IMG/VR virus record: IMGVR_UViG_3300012971_000018
Location: 47,907 to 111,906 of that record
DNA length: 64,000 bases
Reading direction: 5' to 3' (one strand)
Source of the DNA: a virus
The position numbers and the translations under genes are program-made. A model generated the notes under the pieces. It ran no database searches. It saw nothing but the letters and a program-made list of their open reading frames with translations, and was not told the origin of the DNA. How positions within the stretch are numbered: position 1 is the stretch's first letter; every line of letters begins with the position of its first letter. This document shows, one piece after another, positions 18,951-29,611 of this stretch.

Positions 18951-19415
18951 ATGCCTGGCGAACATCTGTTTAAGAAGGGCAACAAGCTCGGTGTCGTTGG
19001 TCGTCCCAAGGGCGTACCAAATAGACAAACGCGGCTTATCCGACAGGATATTCTCGACTCCGGCGACGAGCTGGGCTTTCCAAGATGGGACGAGGAAAAC
19101 GAATGCTGGGTCGCCACTGGCGAAGCTGGTGGAGGCCGCAAGGGCTATCTGGTCTGGCTGGGGCTGTACGAGCCTAAAGCCTATGCCACGCTAATGGGCC
19201 GCGTGCTCCCGCTCCAGATTACCGGTGCCGATGGTGGACCGGTGCGCATCTTCGATGCGACGATGCCGTCGGCGGTGGTGGCGAATATGTATGCTGAATC
19301 CCTTAAGGCCGCGCCGCCGCCAATGCTCGACATTACACCCCAGAAGGAAACCAAGAAGCTGCCGATAAAGGCAGCATTGCCGCCAATAGCGCGGAGACAG
19401 CCAACAAGGGGTTAA
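18951..19415 (+). CDS. Probable terminase small subunit
   Basis: FKKGN...GRPKGVPN, YL.WL....PKAY..LMGRVLP, ITGADGGP; just upstream of TerL. Confidence 0.65.
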   Translation: MPGEHLFKKGNKLGVVGRPKGVPNRQTRLIRQDILDSGDELGFPRWDEENECWVATGEAGGGRKGYLVWLGLYEPKAYATLMGRVLPLQITGADGGPVRIFDATMPSAVVANMYAESLKAAPPPMLDITPQKETKKLPIKAALPPIARRQPTRG

Positions 19416-19422
19416 ATGAACT

Positions 19423-19632
19423 ATGTCGATCGAACGTGTGCAAGGCCGGGTAAAGTGGTACGATCCCCGCAAGGGCTTCGGGTTCGCTACGCCGCAGGTG
19501 GATGGGATGGACGTCTTTATCGCTGCCGCCAGCCTGCCGCCGGGCGTTAACAAGCTTAACGAGGACCAGACCATAAGCTACATCGTCGAGACATCGCGTA
19601 AAGGTCCGAGGGCTGCTTGCGTACAGGTCTAG
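19423..19632 (+). CDS. Cold-shock domain protein
   Basis: GRVKWYDPRKGFGF, DVFI, KGPRA. Confidence 0.9.
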   Translation: MSIERVQGRVKWYDPRKGFGFATPQVDGMDVFIAAASLPPGVNKLNEDQTISYIVETSRKGPRAACVQV

Positions 19633-21434
19633 CCGAAGAACGTGCACATTGGCCGCCGGATTACAACGCGCATTTCGCGTGGCGTACCCGCCAGCGGGCT
19701 TGGCTGTGCGAAGACCCCCGCCGGATTGAAAGCGCGTTGGAGTACTACCGCACTAGGCCGGTGGCTTTTATCGAGCATTGGGGCATAACCTTCGATCCGC
19801 GCAATCTGGGTCGCGAGGATCGCGCGGCCTATATGCCGTTCATTATGTTCGAACGCCAGCGGCAGCTAATCGAGTTCCTAACCGAATGTGTCCGGGACCA
19901 GCAATCCGGTCTGGTCGAGAAGGCCCGCGACATGGGTGCGACGTGGACCTGCTGCGCCTTTAGCGTCCACCAGTGGCTGTTCGTTCCCGGGGCGGCGATC
20001 GGCTGGGGCTCGCGGTTGCTCGATCTGGTGGACCGGGTTGGCATTAAGGATAGCATCTTCGAGAAGATTAGGGACTTCATTCGCTGGATGCCCCCCGAGT
20101 TCTGGCCCAAAGGCTTCTGGCCCGAGGAGCACATGCCGTTCCTGCGGATTATTAATCCCGAGAACGGCGCCACGATTGCCGGCGAAGGCGGCGACAACAT
20201 GGGCCGCGGTGGCCGCAAGACGATGTACTTCAAGGATGAAAGTGCACACTACGCCAGGCCCGACCTGGTCGAGGCCGCACTGACGTCCAATACCGCGGTG
20301 CAAATCGACATCTCCTCGGTGCATGGTCTGGGCGGGGCGTTCCAGCGCCGTCGCGAGGCCGGCCAGGAGTGGGAGCCCGGCCGTACCATAGCGCCCGGCA
20401 TTACCCGGGTCTTCGTTATGGACTGGCGCCACAATCCGGCCAAGACGCAGGACTGGTACGACCGCGAAAAGCGCCGATACATTAATGAAGGCAACGCCCA
20501 CATCTGGGCGCAGGAGGTCGACCGCAACTACGCCGCCAGCGTTATCGGCACGATTATCCCGCGGGAGTGGGTGGTTGCTGCGGTCGATGCCCACAAGAAG
20601 CTGGGCTTTGGCGACGATGGCGCGTGGGGCGGGGCGCTCGACGTCGCCGATGGTGGGGCCGATACCAACGCAATCGCCATTCGCAAGGGCAACGTGCTTA
20701 AGCACGTCGAGGAATGGGTCGCCCCCGATGCGGCCGTTACCGCGCGCCGGGCTATTGGATTGTGCCGTCCCCATATGCCCGATCCACCGTTTGTTACGGC
20801 GTTCGAGCTGCAATACGACTGCATCGGCGTGGGCTCGACCGTTAAGGCGGAAGGCAATCGGCTGCATGAAGAAAGGTTGCTGCCGCGGGGCTTCGTGCTC
20901 GCACCGTGGAATGCCGGCGATAGTCCGCTAAATGCCGACAAGCCGATAATCCCCGGCGATCGGCAGTCCCCATTGAACGGCGATTTCTACGCCAATCTAA
21001 AGGCCCAGGGGTGGTGGCAGCTACGCGGGCGTTTCGAGCGGACATGGCGCGCGGTTACCCACAAGGAGCTAACCGAGCTGGCGACGCTTACCGATCGTAC
21101 GCTCGACCAGCAACGCAGGTTCCAGGCGCTCAAGGAGGCATTGTCCGGTGCGCTTGAAGACCCGCTGGGCGATTACACCTACGACGACGAGGACCTAATC
21201 GCGATCGATGCGGAGGCGATCCCGCTGGCCACCCGGCTAAAGCTCGAAAAGGAGTTAAGCCAGCCGACCATCGGCTATAGCTCGAAGCTTAAGCTGTTAG
21301 TCAATAAGCAACCCGACGGCACCAAATCCCCGAATCTGGCGGATAGCGTTATGATGGCCTTCTGGCCGGTACCCACGCGGCGTATGGGTTACATTAGCCC
21401 GCAGGTTCTGGCGCGGGCGGGAACCAGAGGATAA
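19617..21434 (+). CDS. Terminase large subunit
   Basis: VEKARDMGATW, GRGGR..YFKDESAH, ALDVADGGAD, YDCIGVG, KSPNLADS. Confidence 0.93.
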   Translation: MRTGLAEERAHWPPDYNAHFAWRTRQRAWLCEDPRRIESALEYYRTRPVAFIEHWGITFDPRNLGREDRAAYMPFIMFERQRQLIEFLTECVRDQQSGLVEKARDMGATWTCCAFSVHQWLFVPGAAIGWGSRLLDLVDRVGIKDSIFEKIRDFIRWMPPEFWPKGFWPEEHMPFLRIINPENGATIAGEGGDNMGRGGRKTMYFKDESAHYARPDLVEAALTSNTAVQIDISSVHGLGGAFQRRREAGQEWEPGRTIAPGITRVFVMDWRHNPAKTQDWYDREKRRYINEGNAHIWAQEVDRNYAASVIGTIIPREWVVAAVDAHKKLGFGDDGAWGGALDVADGGADTNAIAIRKGNVLKHVEEWVAPDAAVTARRAIGLCRPHMPDPPFVTAFELQYDCIGVGSTVKAEGNRLHEERLLPRGFVLAPWNAGDSPLNADKPIIPGDRQSPLNGDFYANLKAQGWWQLRGRFERTWRAVTHKELTELATLTDRTLDQQRRFQALKEALSGALEDPLGDYTYDDEDLIAIDAEAIPLATRLKLEKELSQPTIGYSSKLKLLVNKQPDGTKSPNLADSVMMAFWPVPTRRMGYISPQVLARAGTRG

Positions 21435-21435
21435 C

Positions 21436-21654
21436 GGTTCGGTGTGGCGAGGTGGGGTGAGGCAGGTCTGGTGAGGTTAGGTGGGATAGGGCGAGGTAAG
21501 GTCTGGTGGGGTGAGGTATGGTCCGGTACGGTGAGGCTGGGTAGGGTACGGTGAGGTTAGGTGGGATAGGGCGAGGTAGGGTTGGGTGCGGTATGGTGAG
21601 GCGAGGTTAGGTCCGGTCAGGTTCGGTGTGGTCCGGTAGGGTAAGGTTTGGTAT
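21436..21654 (+). repeat. GGY-NN pentamer tract, about 44 units (putative guide ncRNA)
   Basis: Starts 1 nt after the TerL stop; one 4-nt slip (ggca); its last unit overlaps the next ATG. Confidence 0.95.
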
Positions 21655-21838
21655 GCCGAATTTAGAGCCAAAGAACCTCCCGGCCGATTGGGTATATGAG
21701 CCAGAGACCAATTGCGTAATTTGCGGGGGATGTGCCTTTCGCTACGGGGCGGAACATCCGGACGGGGACGGGAACTGGACTTGCCCAAACTGTGGTGCCG
21801 GCAATGGTAGCGACCAGAAACGCCTAGAAGGATCGTAA
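21653..21838 (+). CDS. Small zinc-ribbon protein
   Basis: CGGC...CPNC. Confidence 0.6.
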   Translation: MPNLEPKNLPADWVYEPETNCVICGGCAFRYGAEHPDGDGNWTCPNCGAGNGSDQKRLEGS

Positions 21839-22119
21839 TGACGCTGGCCGAATTGCAAGAGCTAATGCCGAAGGGCTCGCTGGTTATTTGCGAGTGCCAC
21901 TATCCGGCCAAGGACGAGTACGGGAACGATTGCCCGCAGCATGGTATGGTCTACACGATCCGGGATTACGTCGAGGAGCCGAGCCTGCCCGACATCCTGG
22001 GTATCTTCCTAAACGAAATCCACAACAAGCCGTTGCCAACTCGACCCGATGGCCGGTTGCTGGAGCGCGCCTTCCTCGCGAGCTTCTTCCGTCCGGTATC
22101 GCGCAAGGACCTAAACTAA
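21838..22119 (+). CDS. Hypothetical protein
   Basis: Translationally coupled ORF (TAATG junctions). Confidence 0.6.
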   Translation: MTLAELQELMPKGSLVICECHYPAKDEYGNDCPQHGMVYTIRDYVEEPSLPDILGIFLNEIHNKPLPTRPDGRLLERAFLASFFRPVSRKDLN

Positions 22120-22412
22120 TGGCTGTTTACGTCGACGACATGCGGGCACCGTACAAGCCAAGCCACGCTCCCGGACGGCGTTACGTTATGTGCCACATGG
22201 TTGCCGATAGCGAAAACGAACTGCACGCGATGGCCGATCGGATCGGCGTAGCCCGTAAGTGGTACCAAGGCGACCACTACGACATCGCGCTGTCGAAACG
22301 TGCCTTGGCCGTCGCTGCCGGTGCCAAGGAGATAACAAGACGCGAACTCGCGCGGATTGTTATGGATCGTCGTCGTGCGGCAGCGGAAGCAATACGGGCC
22401 AAGGGGCAATGA
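22119..22412 (+). CDS. DUF4031-family protein
   Basis: MAVYVDD...MCHMVADSENELHAMADRIG..RKWYQGDHYDI. Confidence 0.85.
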   Translation: MAVYVDDMRAPYKPSHAPGRRYVMCHMVADSENELHAMADRIGVARKWYQGDHYDIALSKRALAVAAGAKEITRRELARIVMDRRRAAAEAIRAKGQ

Positions 22413-23119
22413 CCGATCCGGAGAAAGCGGCCATCGGCGATGGGTGCTGTTAATCCTAATCGGACTTGCCCTGTTCGCCATCTGGATGGGGTATTATGGA
22501 CCATGACCCAAACGCAGTTTAACTACGCTGCCAACTTTGTCTTCGTGTCGATCTTGGCGGCGGCATTGCTGGCTTCGCTCCATTTGGTTGGGACCAACCC
22601 GTGGGTGGGCGGATTTATTGCCGGAGCGTGGTGGATGCATACGTTTAGGTATATGAACAATGAGTAGGCCAGACGAAGAAATCGAGAAAATCGCTCGTGC
22701 TGTGGTCCGCGAGCAGGAGATGGAAGCGCTGCGTACAGCGCGCCGGGAGTGCATTAGCGAAGACCAAGTCGCCGAGCGCATGCGCATCTGGCGCGAGAAA
22801 AAATGAGAACCCGCACGGTTACGCTCTGGCGGGGATTGCAGATGGCGATTATCCATCGCCGCGAAGCTGCCCGGAGGAACCCCCATGCCATTACCCGAGA
22901 GCCCCGTGCCGCGGCGCCGGCAGTGGTTCCACCTAATAACCCCGGAACTGTTAGAGCGCGCTGGCCCGAGCCGCCGCGCCTTACGGGGAAGTGATGTCTA
23001 CGCAGGGCAGCCCGCCGAGCAGCCGCAGACCGGCGTAACGGTCGACAAGTACGACCTGGCCGAGCACCAGGTTGGCCGCAAATGATTGCGACGGTAATCG
23101 GATCACGCACGGGGCGAAA

Positions 23120-24934
23120 ATGATAGAACGGATACGCCCCGGCAAGAAAACGACCCCGCCTAAGAAGGCGGTTAACTGGTCGAATGCCCTGCTTACGTCG
23201 GCCGCGGTGCGCCGCCGGATGCCAAATACCGAGCCGTTTACCGTCCGGCCCGATCTGCATCCGCCCAATGCGCGGCCGAATGGCCATATGGCCATGGACA
23301 CGGCGCCGACGACCGTGGTCTCCACGGCCTGGGCCAATGCGGTTATCTCGACTTCGTTTTCCGAGGGTCTGCAATTCCTGGGCTATCCCTTCCTCGCAGA
23401 GCTGGCGCAACGGCCCGAGTACCGGGTTATCTCGCAGACGATTGCAGAGGAGATGACGCGGAAGTGGGGCAAGTTCGAAGCCAAGGGCGAGGCCGAGCGG
23501 CAGAAGGAAACCCACCTTACGCCCGAGGCCGAGCAGGCCCAGCATCCCGAGGACCCCGAGGCGGCGGTCGAGGCCGAGCAGGAGGAGCGCGAGGAAGAGG
23601 AGGCGTCCGCGGTCTCCGAGGAGAAGCAGGACCGCATCGACGAACTCGAAGAGATGTTCAAAGAACTGCACATTCGCGAGTGCTGCAAGGACCTCGTCGA
23701 GCAGGACGGCTATTTCGGCCGCGCCCATCTCTATCTCGACACTGGCGATACCGACAATCGCGACGAGCTGCGGCAGTCGATCGGATCGGGCAAGGACAGT
23801 TTGTCGAAGGTTAAGGTCTCGCCGCAGAAGCCATTGCAGCGGGTAAAGACCGTCGAGGCGGTGTGGTGCTATCCGACGACGTATGAATCCGTCGATCCGC
23901 TTAAGTCCGACTGGTACGCGCCGACGCAATGGTACGTTATGGGCAAGGAGATACATGCCTCGCGTCTCTTAAAGATTGTCGGCAATCCGGTCCCCGATCT
24001 GCTTAAGCCGGCGTACAGCTTCGGCGGACTGTCGATGTCGCAGATGGCACAGCCCTATGTCGACAACTGGCTGCGGACCCGACAATCTGTGAACGACCTA
24101 ATCCAGGCATTCGTGGTATGGGGGTTAAAGACCAATCTCCAGGAGACGCTTAGTCTCCAGGGCGACCAGTTGTTTGCCCGCCTGGAATTGTTTAATCGCC
24201 TGCGCAACAACCGCGGCGTTATGGCGATCGACAAGGACGCGGAGGAGTTCTTTAACGTTACGGCGCCTCTTAGCGGTCTGGAGAGCCTGCAAGCCCAGAG
24301 CCAGGAGCACATGGCCGCGGTATCCCGCATCCCACTTGTCAAGTTGCTCGGCATACAACCCACGGGTCTTAATGCGTCTTCCGAAGGGGAAATCCGTGTT
24401 TTCTACGACACGATACGTGGCCGGCAAGAGTGGATACTTACGCCTATAGTGACTAGGCTTATGCACTTCTGTATGCTTAGCAAGTGGGGCGAGATCGACC
24501 CCGACATCCAGTTTAATTGGGAGCCGTTGTGGGCGCTCGACGAGAAGCAGCAGGCCGAGGTCGACGAGGTTAATGCGCGCACAGCCCAGATACGGATCGA
24601 TACCGGTGTTATCGACAAGATGGAAGAGCGGCGCCGCGTGGCGAACGACCACCAGACCCCGTACCCGGGCATCGATCCGGATTACGAGCCCGAGCTGGCG
24701 GCCGAGGAGGAGGAGGGGCTTATCCCGAAGGGTGCCGGCGCTGGGCTTCGGGCCATTATGGGGACCGGAGGCGGAGCCGCAGCGCCGGGCCTACAGGAGC
24801 CGGACAACCCGACCCCTAGCGAGGGTAGCGGGGAGCCCGGGGAAGACGCTGTGGAGGCTTCCCTGGCCGATCTGCCGCCTATGCCGGCGGACACCGGAGG
24901 GCGCAAGGTCTTCGTAGCGGCGAGGAGACGGTAA
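23120..24934 (+). CDS. Portal protein (DUF1073 type)
   Basis: FLGYPFLAEL, AEEMTRKW, EIHASRLL, RIPLVKLLGIQPTGLNASSEGEIRVFYD, FNWEPLW. Confidence 0.92.
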   Translation: MIERIRPGKKTTPPKKAVNWSNALLTSAAVRRRMPNTEPFTVRPDLHPPNARPNGHMAMDTAPTTVVSTAWANAVISTSFSEGLQFLGYPFLAELAQRPEYRVISQTIAEEMTRKWGKFEAKGEAERQKETHLTPEAEQAQHPEDPEAAVEAEQEEREEEEASAVSEEKQDRIDELEEMFKELHIRECCKDLVEQDGYFGRAHLYLDTGDTDNRDELRQSIGSGKDSLSKVKVSPQKPLQRVKTVEAVWCYPTTYESVDPLKSDWYAPTQWYVMGKEIHASRLLKIVGNPVPDLLKPAYSFGGLSMSQMAQPYVDNWLRTRQSVNDLIQAFVVWGLKTNLQETLSLQGDQLFARLELFNRLRNNRGVMAIDKDAEEFFNVTAPLSGLESLQAQSQEHMAAVSRIPLVKLLGIQPTGLNASSEGEIRVFYDTIRGRQEWILTPIVTRLMHFCMLSKWGEIDPDIQFNWEPLWALDEKQQAEVDEVNARTAQIRIDTGVIDKMEERRRVANDHQTPYPGIDPDYEPELAAEEEEGLIPKGAGAGLRAIMGTGGGAAAPGLQEPDNPTPSEGSGEPGEDAVEASLADLPPMPADTGGRKVFVAARRR

Positions 24935-24948
24935 AGGGATACGTAATC

Positions 24949-26322
24949 GTGCTAATCCCGGTTAACGACCTGCTCGACCTCCATTGTGGCGACTGCCTCG
25001 ACGTGTTGCCAACATTACAGCCGGACAGCGTGGACGCCTGCATTACCGACCCGCCCTATGGGCTGGAGTTTATGGGCAAGGAATGGGACGCATTTGGCAA
25101 GGAAGCAAACCATCGAAGTTTCGAACGTAGTGGTTTTGGGCTTTCAAGATTTGGGGCATGGACACCAACTGCGTCTATGGACGGTGTAGCCAAGGTTCGG
25201 CGTGGAAATCTTGGTTTTCAAGAATTCTCCAAGAGATGGGCGACAGAAGTTTATCGTGTGCTCCGGCCCGGCGCGCACCTCGCGGCATTCGGCGGAACCC
25301 GAACCTACCATCGCATGGCGTGCGCGATCGAGGATGCCGGCTTCGAGATACGCGATTGCTTAATGTGGTTGTACGGGACGGGATTTCCGAAAAGCCACGA
25401 TATTAGCAAGGCGATCGATGCGGCGGCCGGGGCGCAAAGGGAGATCGTAGGTCAACGCAAGAAGCTCGAAAGCTATGGACCAAACGAGGTTTATGGCGAC
25501 GGCCCGGACCACGGTGGTATTCAATTAATAACCGCTCCCGCAACCGATGCCGTTCGCCAATGGGAAGGCTGGGGCACCGCTCTTAAGCCCGCAGTGGAGC
25601 CGATCGTGCTCGCCCGGAAGCCATTGAGCGAGCCAACCGTAGCAGCAAACGTCCTGCGGTGGGGAACGGGGGCGCTGAATATTGATGAATGCCGCATTGC
25701 AACTAATTGGGCCACCGATCCGACAAGACGTGGATGGCAAGGATGCGATGAGGCGGGAACAAATCAGGTTAATGGATTGGGATTCAAAAATCCGAATAAT
25801 TTAGGCCGCTGGCCCGCCAACGTTGTCCACGACGGCAGCGAGGAAGTGGTAGGGATGTTTCCGAGTACGAAAGGGGGTGTAGCTGTTAGACGTAATGGCG
25901 GGGGCGGCAAGATAGGCGGAAGAGGAATATATGGCGGCGCTGCCGGCGATCCTGATGATGATATCGGTTATGGCGACTCCGGCTCCGCCGCCCGCTTCTT
26001 CTATTCCGCCAAGGCCGATGCAGACGACCGGCTCGACTCGAAGCACCCGACCGTAAAGCCGATCGACCTGTTGCGATGGCTCGTGCGCTTGGTTACCCCG
26101 CCGGGAGGATTGGTAATCGATCCGTTTGCCGGCACCGGCACGACGGCGTCGGCGTGCTTGCGGGAAGGCTGTTGCTGCATCTTAATCGAACGCGAGCAGG
26201 AATACGTGGCGGACATTAAGTACAGGTTTACCGGGTTGGGCAAGCTGCGCCGCGGCACGCCCAACGAGACGGCCATGGACAACCTGCGCGACGTGCGACT
26301 GTCTCGGTATTCACAGACTTAA
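24949..26322 (+). CDS. DNA methyltransferase (N6-A/N4-C, beta class)
   Basis: GDCLDVL, ITDPPY, HPTVKP, DPFAGTGTT. Confidence 0.92.
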   Translation: MLIPVNDLLDLHCGDCLDVLPTLQPDSVDACITDPPYGLEFMGKEWDAFGKEANHRSFERSGFGLSRFGAWTPTASMDGVAKVRRGNLGFQEFSKRWATEVYRVLRPGAHLAAFGGTRTYHRMACAIEDAGFEIRDCLMWLYGTGFPKSHDISKAIDAAAGAQREIVGQRKKLESYGPNEVYGDGPDHGGIQLITAPATDAVRQWEGWGTALKPAVEPIVLARKPLSEPTVAANVLRWGTGALNIDECRIATNWATDPTRRGWQGCDEAGTNQVNGLGFKNPNNLGRWPANVVHDGSEEVVGMFPSTKGGVAVRRNGGGGKIGGRGIYGGAAGDPDDDIGYGDSGSAARFFYSAKADADDRLDSKHPTVKPIDLLRWLVRLVTPPGGLVIDPFAGTGTTASACLREGCCCILIEREQEYVADIKYRFTGLGKLRRGTPNETAMDNLRDVRLSRYSQT

Positions 26323-26416
26323 TTGGGGTGCCGGCGCCCACCACCGGCGATGTCGGAGACTGTCCCCCGCCGTTTAGCACGGCATATGGCACACACAACC
26401 CACATAGCGGAGAAGA

Positions 26417-26450
26417 GGGGGACCGTAGTACGACGGTCCCCCAACTATTT
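26417..26450 (+). terminator. Hairpin / probable intrinsic terminator
   Basis: GGGGGACCGT-AGTACG-ACGGTCCCCC followed by an AT-rich run. Confidence 0.6.
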
Positions 26451-26471
26451 TATAGAACCGGAGGATTTCCC

Positions 26472-27509
26472 ATGGCACAAGGTTTCCCGTTCCGCAGCGA
26501 AGGCTTCGACCGTGTTGGCCAGCTTGTCGGTCATATCGGTGGGCGCCTTGTCGCGCAGGGCCTCGCGCTCGACAGCGGTCTCGGCTTTGTCCAGCTTGGA
26601 AATGAATGGCGCCGGTTCGATACGATCGCCGAAGCGAAGGATTACGCCGCCGAGTTGGCGCAGGACGATCTCCCTGGTTACACCTCGCAGGACGAGGACA
26701 TGCCGGGCTATGCCATGGACCCGCTTACGGCCAAGGGCGAGAAGATAAAGTCTGCCATGGAAGACCAGTACGGCAGCAAGAAGGGCGAGCAGGTCTTCTA
26801 TGCGTCGCGCAATGCCGGCAAGATTAAAGGGGTCGACCACGAAGGTCCGCCGTCGGTGGCCGAGCTTAGCGGCGAAGCTCCCATTCCGTCAAGAGACGCC
26901 GAACGCAACACCGCGACGGGTGCACCTTGGGACTACGGCCCGACGAAGGGTTTTGGCACCCGAGCGGTGCCATCCAATCCGCATCCTGACTCTCCGATGG
27001 GTCGGCGCATGACTTCCAAGGGCGAAGGTCCACAGCTACAGCTTTTTGGCGACCCTAAGCATCCCGTGGAAGGCATGGAGGAGGACGCGGGGTTTAACTC
27101 TTTCGAGATGTGGCGACGGGCCGCCGAAGCCAAGGGCTACGAGGTCTTTGCCATGCCCGAGTTCGGCCGCTCCGGAAGCCCCGAGCCCGGCGAAGGTGCC
27201 TGGCAGGCGTACTCCAACGGCCAGCGCAAGGGCGAATGGGATGGCGGCATGGCCCACGGCAATGTTAGCTTCCCGGGCCGCGGTACGGTCGATGCGGAGG
27301 CGATGTCGGAATTGAAGGAGCCGCCCGAGGAGATGGTGCCCGAGGCCGAGGACATCCCGCTCCCAGAGTATGCCTCGCCCGATCTGGAGAAGGCCGCGGA
27401 AGAGGCCAAGACCATGGCGCAGAACCGCATGCTCGACCGTACGGTCCTTAACAAGATCGCGCAGAAGTACCGGATCGATCCGGGAGTTCTGGAGCGCTAT
27501 CTAACTTGA
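26472..27509 (+). CDS. Multidomain hypothetical head-associated protein
   Basis: GGAGG RBS; contains a PLTAKGEKI..AM..QYG.KKGEQVFYAS.N.GKI module and several LALD/AMD/AQD junction motifs. Confidence 0.65.
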   Translation: MAQGFPFRSEGFDRVGQLVGHIGGRLVAQGLALDSGLGFVQLGNEWRRFDTIAEAKDYAAELAQDDLPGYTSQDEDMPGYAMDPLTAKGEKIKSAMEDQYGSKKGEQVFYASRNAGKIKGVDHEGPPSVAELSGEAPIPSRDAERNTATGAPWDYGPTKGFGTRAVPSNPHPDSPMGRRMTSKGEGPQLQLFGDPKHPVEGMEEDAGFNSFEMWRRAAEAKGYEVFAMPEFGRSGSPEPGEGAWQAYSNGQRKGEWDGGMAHGNVSFPGRGTVDAEAMSELKEPPEEMVPEAEDIPLPEYASPDLEKAAEEAKTMAQNRMLDRTVLNKIAQKYRIDPGVLERYLT

Positions 27510-27919
27510 GGCGGCCATGGCTACCTCCACCGACGCCTTTATGCAGACCTATATCGACTTGACGCAGTCGGAGAATTACAACGCTGGCGTCCAGTCGTGC
27601 ATCGAGGCGTATATTCGTAACGGGCGCGTTGTCGTCGCGTACGCCGATGCGGCCAATCGTTTTAGCGCGTTCCCCTCTTCCACCGGGTTTACCGATTGGA
27701 AGAATGGCTATAATCACGTAGCAGGACTTATAAGCGGATGACGATGACGATCCAGGGTTGGGTGGTGCTGGCTGTTCTTAGTGGCATACCGCTCGGCAGC
27801 GAGCGGTTCGACAGTCGGGAAGCCTGCGTGGCGGCGCTCGCCAAGCTGCCACCCGATGCATATTATTGCAGTCCGAAGTTTGGATTGCGGGGCGATTTCG
27901 ATCCGGAAAAGATTAAGTA

Positions 27920-28891
27920 ATGCAGACGGAATTGAATGCACTGTTCGACAGCAACTACGCGCTTAACCGCAAGCTAAAGACGGCCAGAGCGGCCGTGCTC
28001 GCCAAGGATGCCCAGCTAAATGCGCTCGCCAGCGAGAACGCACGGCTAAAGACGCGGCTTGCGCTCGATGCCCGCAAGAAGCCGAAGCTGTTGCGTCCCG
28101 TCCATGCGTCCGCGGGACTGGAGGCCGAGTACCGCCGCCGGCTCGACGCGCTAATCTGCAAGATGTGCGAGTCGGTTAATTACTGGATACGCTCCAACTA
28201 CCGGGCCAACGAGCCGCGGCTTAGCGAGCTAAAGGACACGGACGTCGAGCTTGCGCTCGATGTGGTCCCGGCTAATGAACTAAGGCGCGTGGTGCGCCGG
28301 CTGGCACGGCGCTGGCAGAAGAATTTCGCCATTGCCGCCAATCGCCTTGCACGCTGGTTCGCACAATCCAATCGCAATCGTTCGGTCGAGCAGCTCCACC
28401 GCATCCTGCGCGAGGGCGGATGGAGCGTTAACGTCCCGCTAACGCAGGCGCAGCGCGATATCCTGGCGGCCACTGTCCACGAGAATGTCTCGCTTATCCG
28501 CTCGATCCCGAGCCGTTACTTTACCGAGATCGAAGGCATGGTTATGCGATCGGTCCAGACCGGCCGCGATCTCGGCCAGCTAACGAAGGACCTGCAACGG
28601 CAATACGGTGTTACGCGCAAGCGGGCGACGCTTATCGCGCGCGACCAGAACAACAAGGCGACGGGTGCCTTCCATCGCACCCACCAGTTGGAGCTGGGCA
28701 TAACCGAGGCCATTTGGGTCCACTCCCATGCCGGCAAGACTTGGCGCCGGACCCACATTGCGAACGACGGCAAGAAGTACGATGTCCGCCGCGGGTGGTT
28801 CGATCCGGACCCCAAGGTGCGCAAATACATCCAGCCCGGCGAGCTTATAAACTGCCGCTGCTTTAGCCGTTCAATTATCCCGGGGTTCTAG
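27920..28891 (+). CDS. Head morphogenesis protein (SPP1 gp7 / Mu F-like)
   Basis: RATLIARDQNNKA, W.HS, R.TH...DGK.Y, PGELINCRC. Confidence 0.92.
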   Translation: MQTELNALFDSNYALNRKLKTARAAVLAKDAQLNALASENARLKTRLALDARKKPKLLRPVHASAGLEAEYRRRLDALICKMCESVNYWIRSNYRANEPRLSELKDTDVELALDVVPANELRRVVRRLARRWQKNFAIAANRLARWFAQSNRNRSVEQLHRILREGGWSVNVPLTQAQRDILAATVHENVSLIRSIPSRYFTEIEGMVMRSVQTGRDLGQLTKDLQRQYGVTRKRATLIARDQNNKATGAFHRTHQLELGITEAIWVHSHAGKTWRRTHIANDGKKYDVRRGWFDPDPKVRKYIQPGELINCRCFSRSIIPGF

Positions 28892-29022
28892 GTGCACGCG
28901 GTCCCCTACCTCGCAGTCGCCATAGCCGAATACGCCCCTTGGGGGCAGATAGTCGTTTTCTACATTCTTAGCGGCTTCGCCGTCGGCGCTGTTATCGGAA
29001 TAATCCAGATACTAAGCGGGCG

Positions 29023-29187
29023 TTAGTGCAGGACGCCGATCCGGCTAAGGCCACCAAATATCTCGGCGGCGATCCACAGCGCGACGCCCAATGGCAGCAT
29101 CTGCCACGAGCCGACCGTCGGTATGCGCACTGCGATGCAGGTTATAACGAAGGCGAACGCCAGCAGAACCAGTCCCAGGTTGGCCAT
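29023..29187 (-). CDS. Small two-TM membrane protein, the only clear minus-strand gene
   Basis: MANLGLVLLAFAFVITCIA...LGVALWIAAEIFG with a GAGGAG RBS on the minus strand. Confidence 0.6.
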   Translation of the reverse strand: MANLGLVLLAFAFVITCIAVRIPTVGSWQMLPLGVALWIAAEIFGGLSRIGVLH

Positions 29188-29347
29188 GGTGTCTCTCCTC
29201 CAAAGCCGCGGCCATAAAACGCCCGGCCCCAAATAAAGTTCCCCCTGCGATAACGTCGAGAACCGCCCTCCAACCCCGTTCTCGATGTTTGGCCGTCCGG
29301 GCAACGCTTCCCTCCCCGGACGGCCTTCCTAATGGGGAGTTTTTCCA

Positions 29348-29605
29348 ATGCAGAAACTCTGGACGTCCGAAGAGGACAAAATCCTCTTAGAGCAGCGCCG
29401 CGTCCACGGCCCTGCCTGGCGGGTGTACTACGACCCGATGATGACCGGGCAGCGGCGTTCGATCGACGCCTGCGAGCGGCGCCTTAACTTTCTGCGCCGC
29501 CGGCACCGCCCGGTGCGCCCTACGCCCGACGGCGAACCCTTGCGGGTGGGCGACGACCGCCTGCTCCAGCTCCTGCGCCAGCACCACGTCCTTGTAGAAA
29601 GGTAA
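29348..29605 (+). CDS. Small Myb/HTH-like protein
   Basis: WTSEEDKIL...RSIDACERR. Confidence 0.5.
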   Translation: MQKLWTSEEDKILLEQRRVHGPAWRVYYDPMMTGQRRSIDACERRLNFLRRRHRPVRPTPDGEPLRVGDDRLLQLLRQHHVLVER

Positions 29606-29611
29606 GAGACT

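Noticed and set aside
22754-23956. Long minus-strand ORFs (also 19878-20867, 43851-44714, 44051-44920)
   Set aside because: Antisense shadows of GC-rich plus-strand genes, with no motifs
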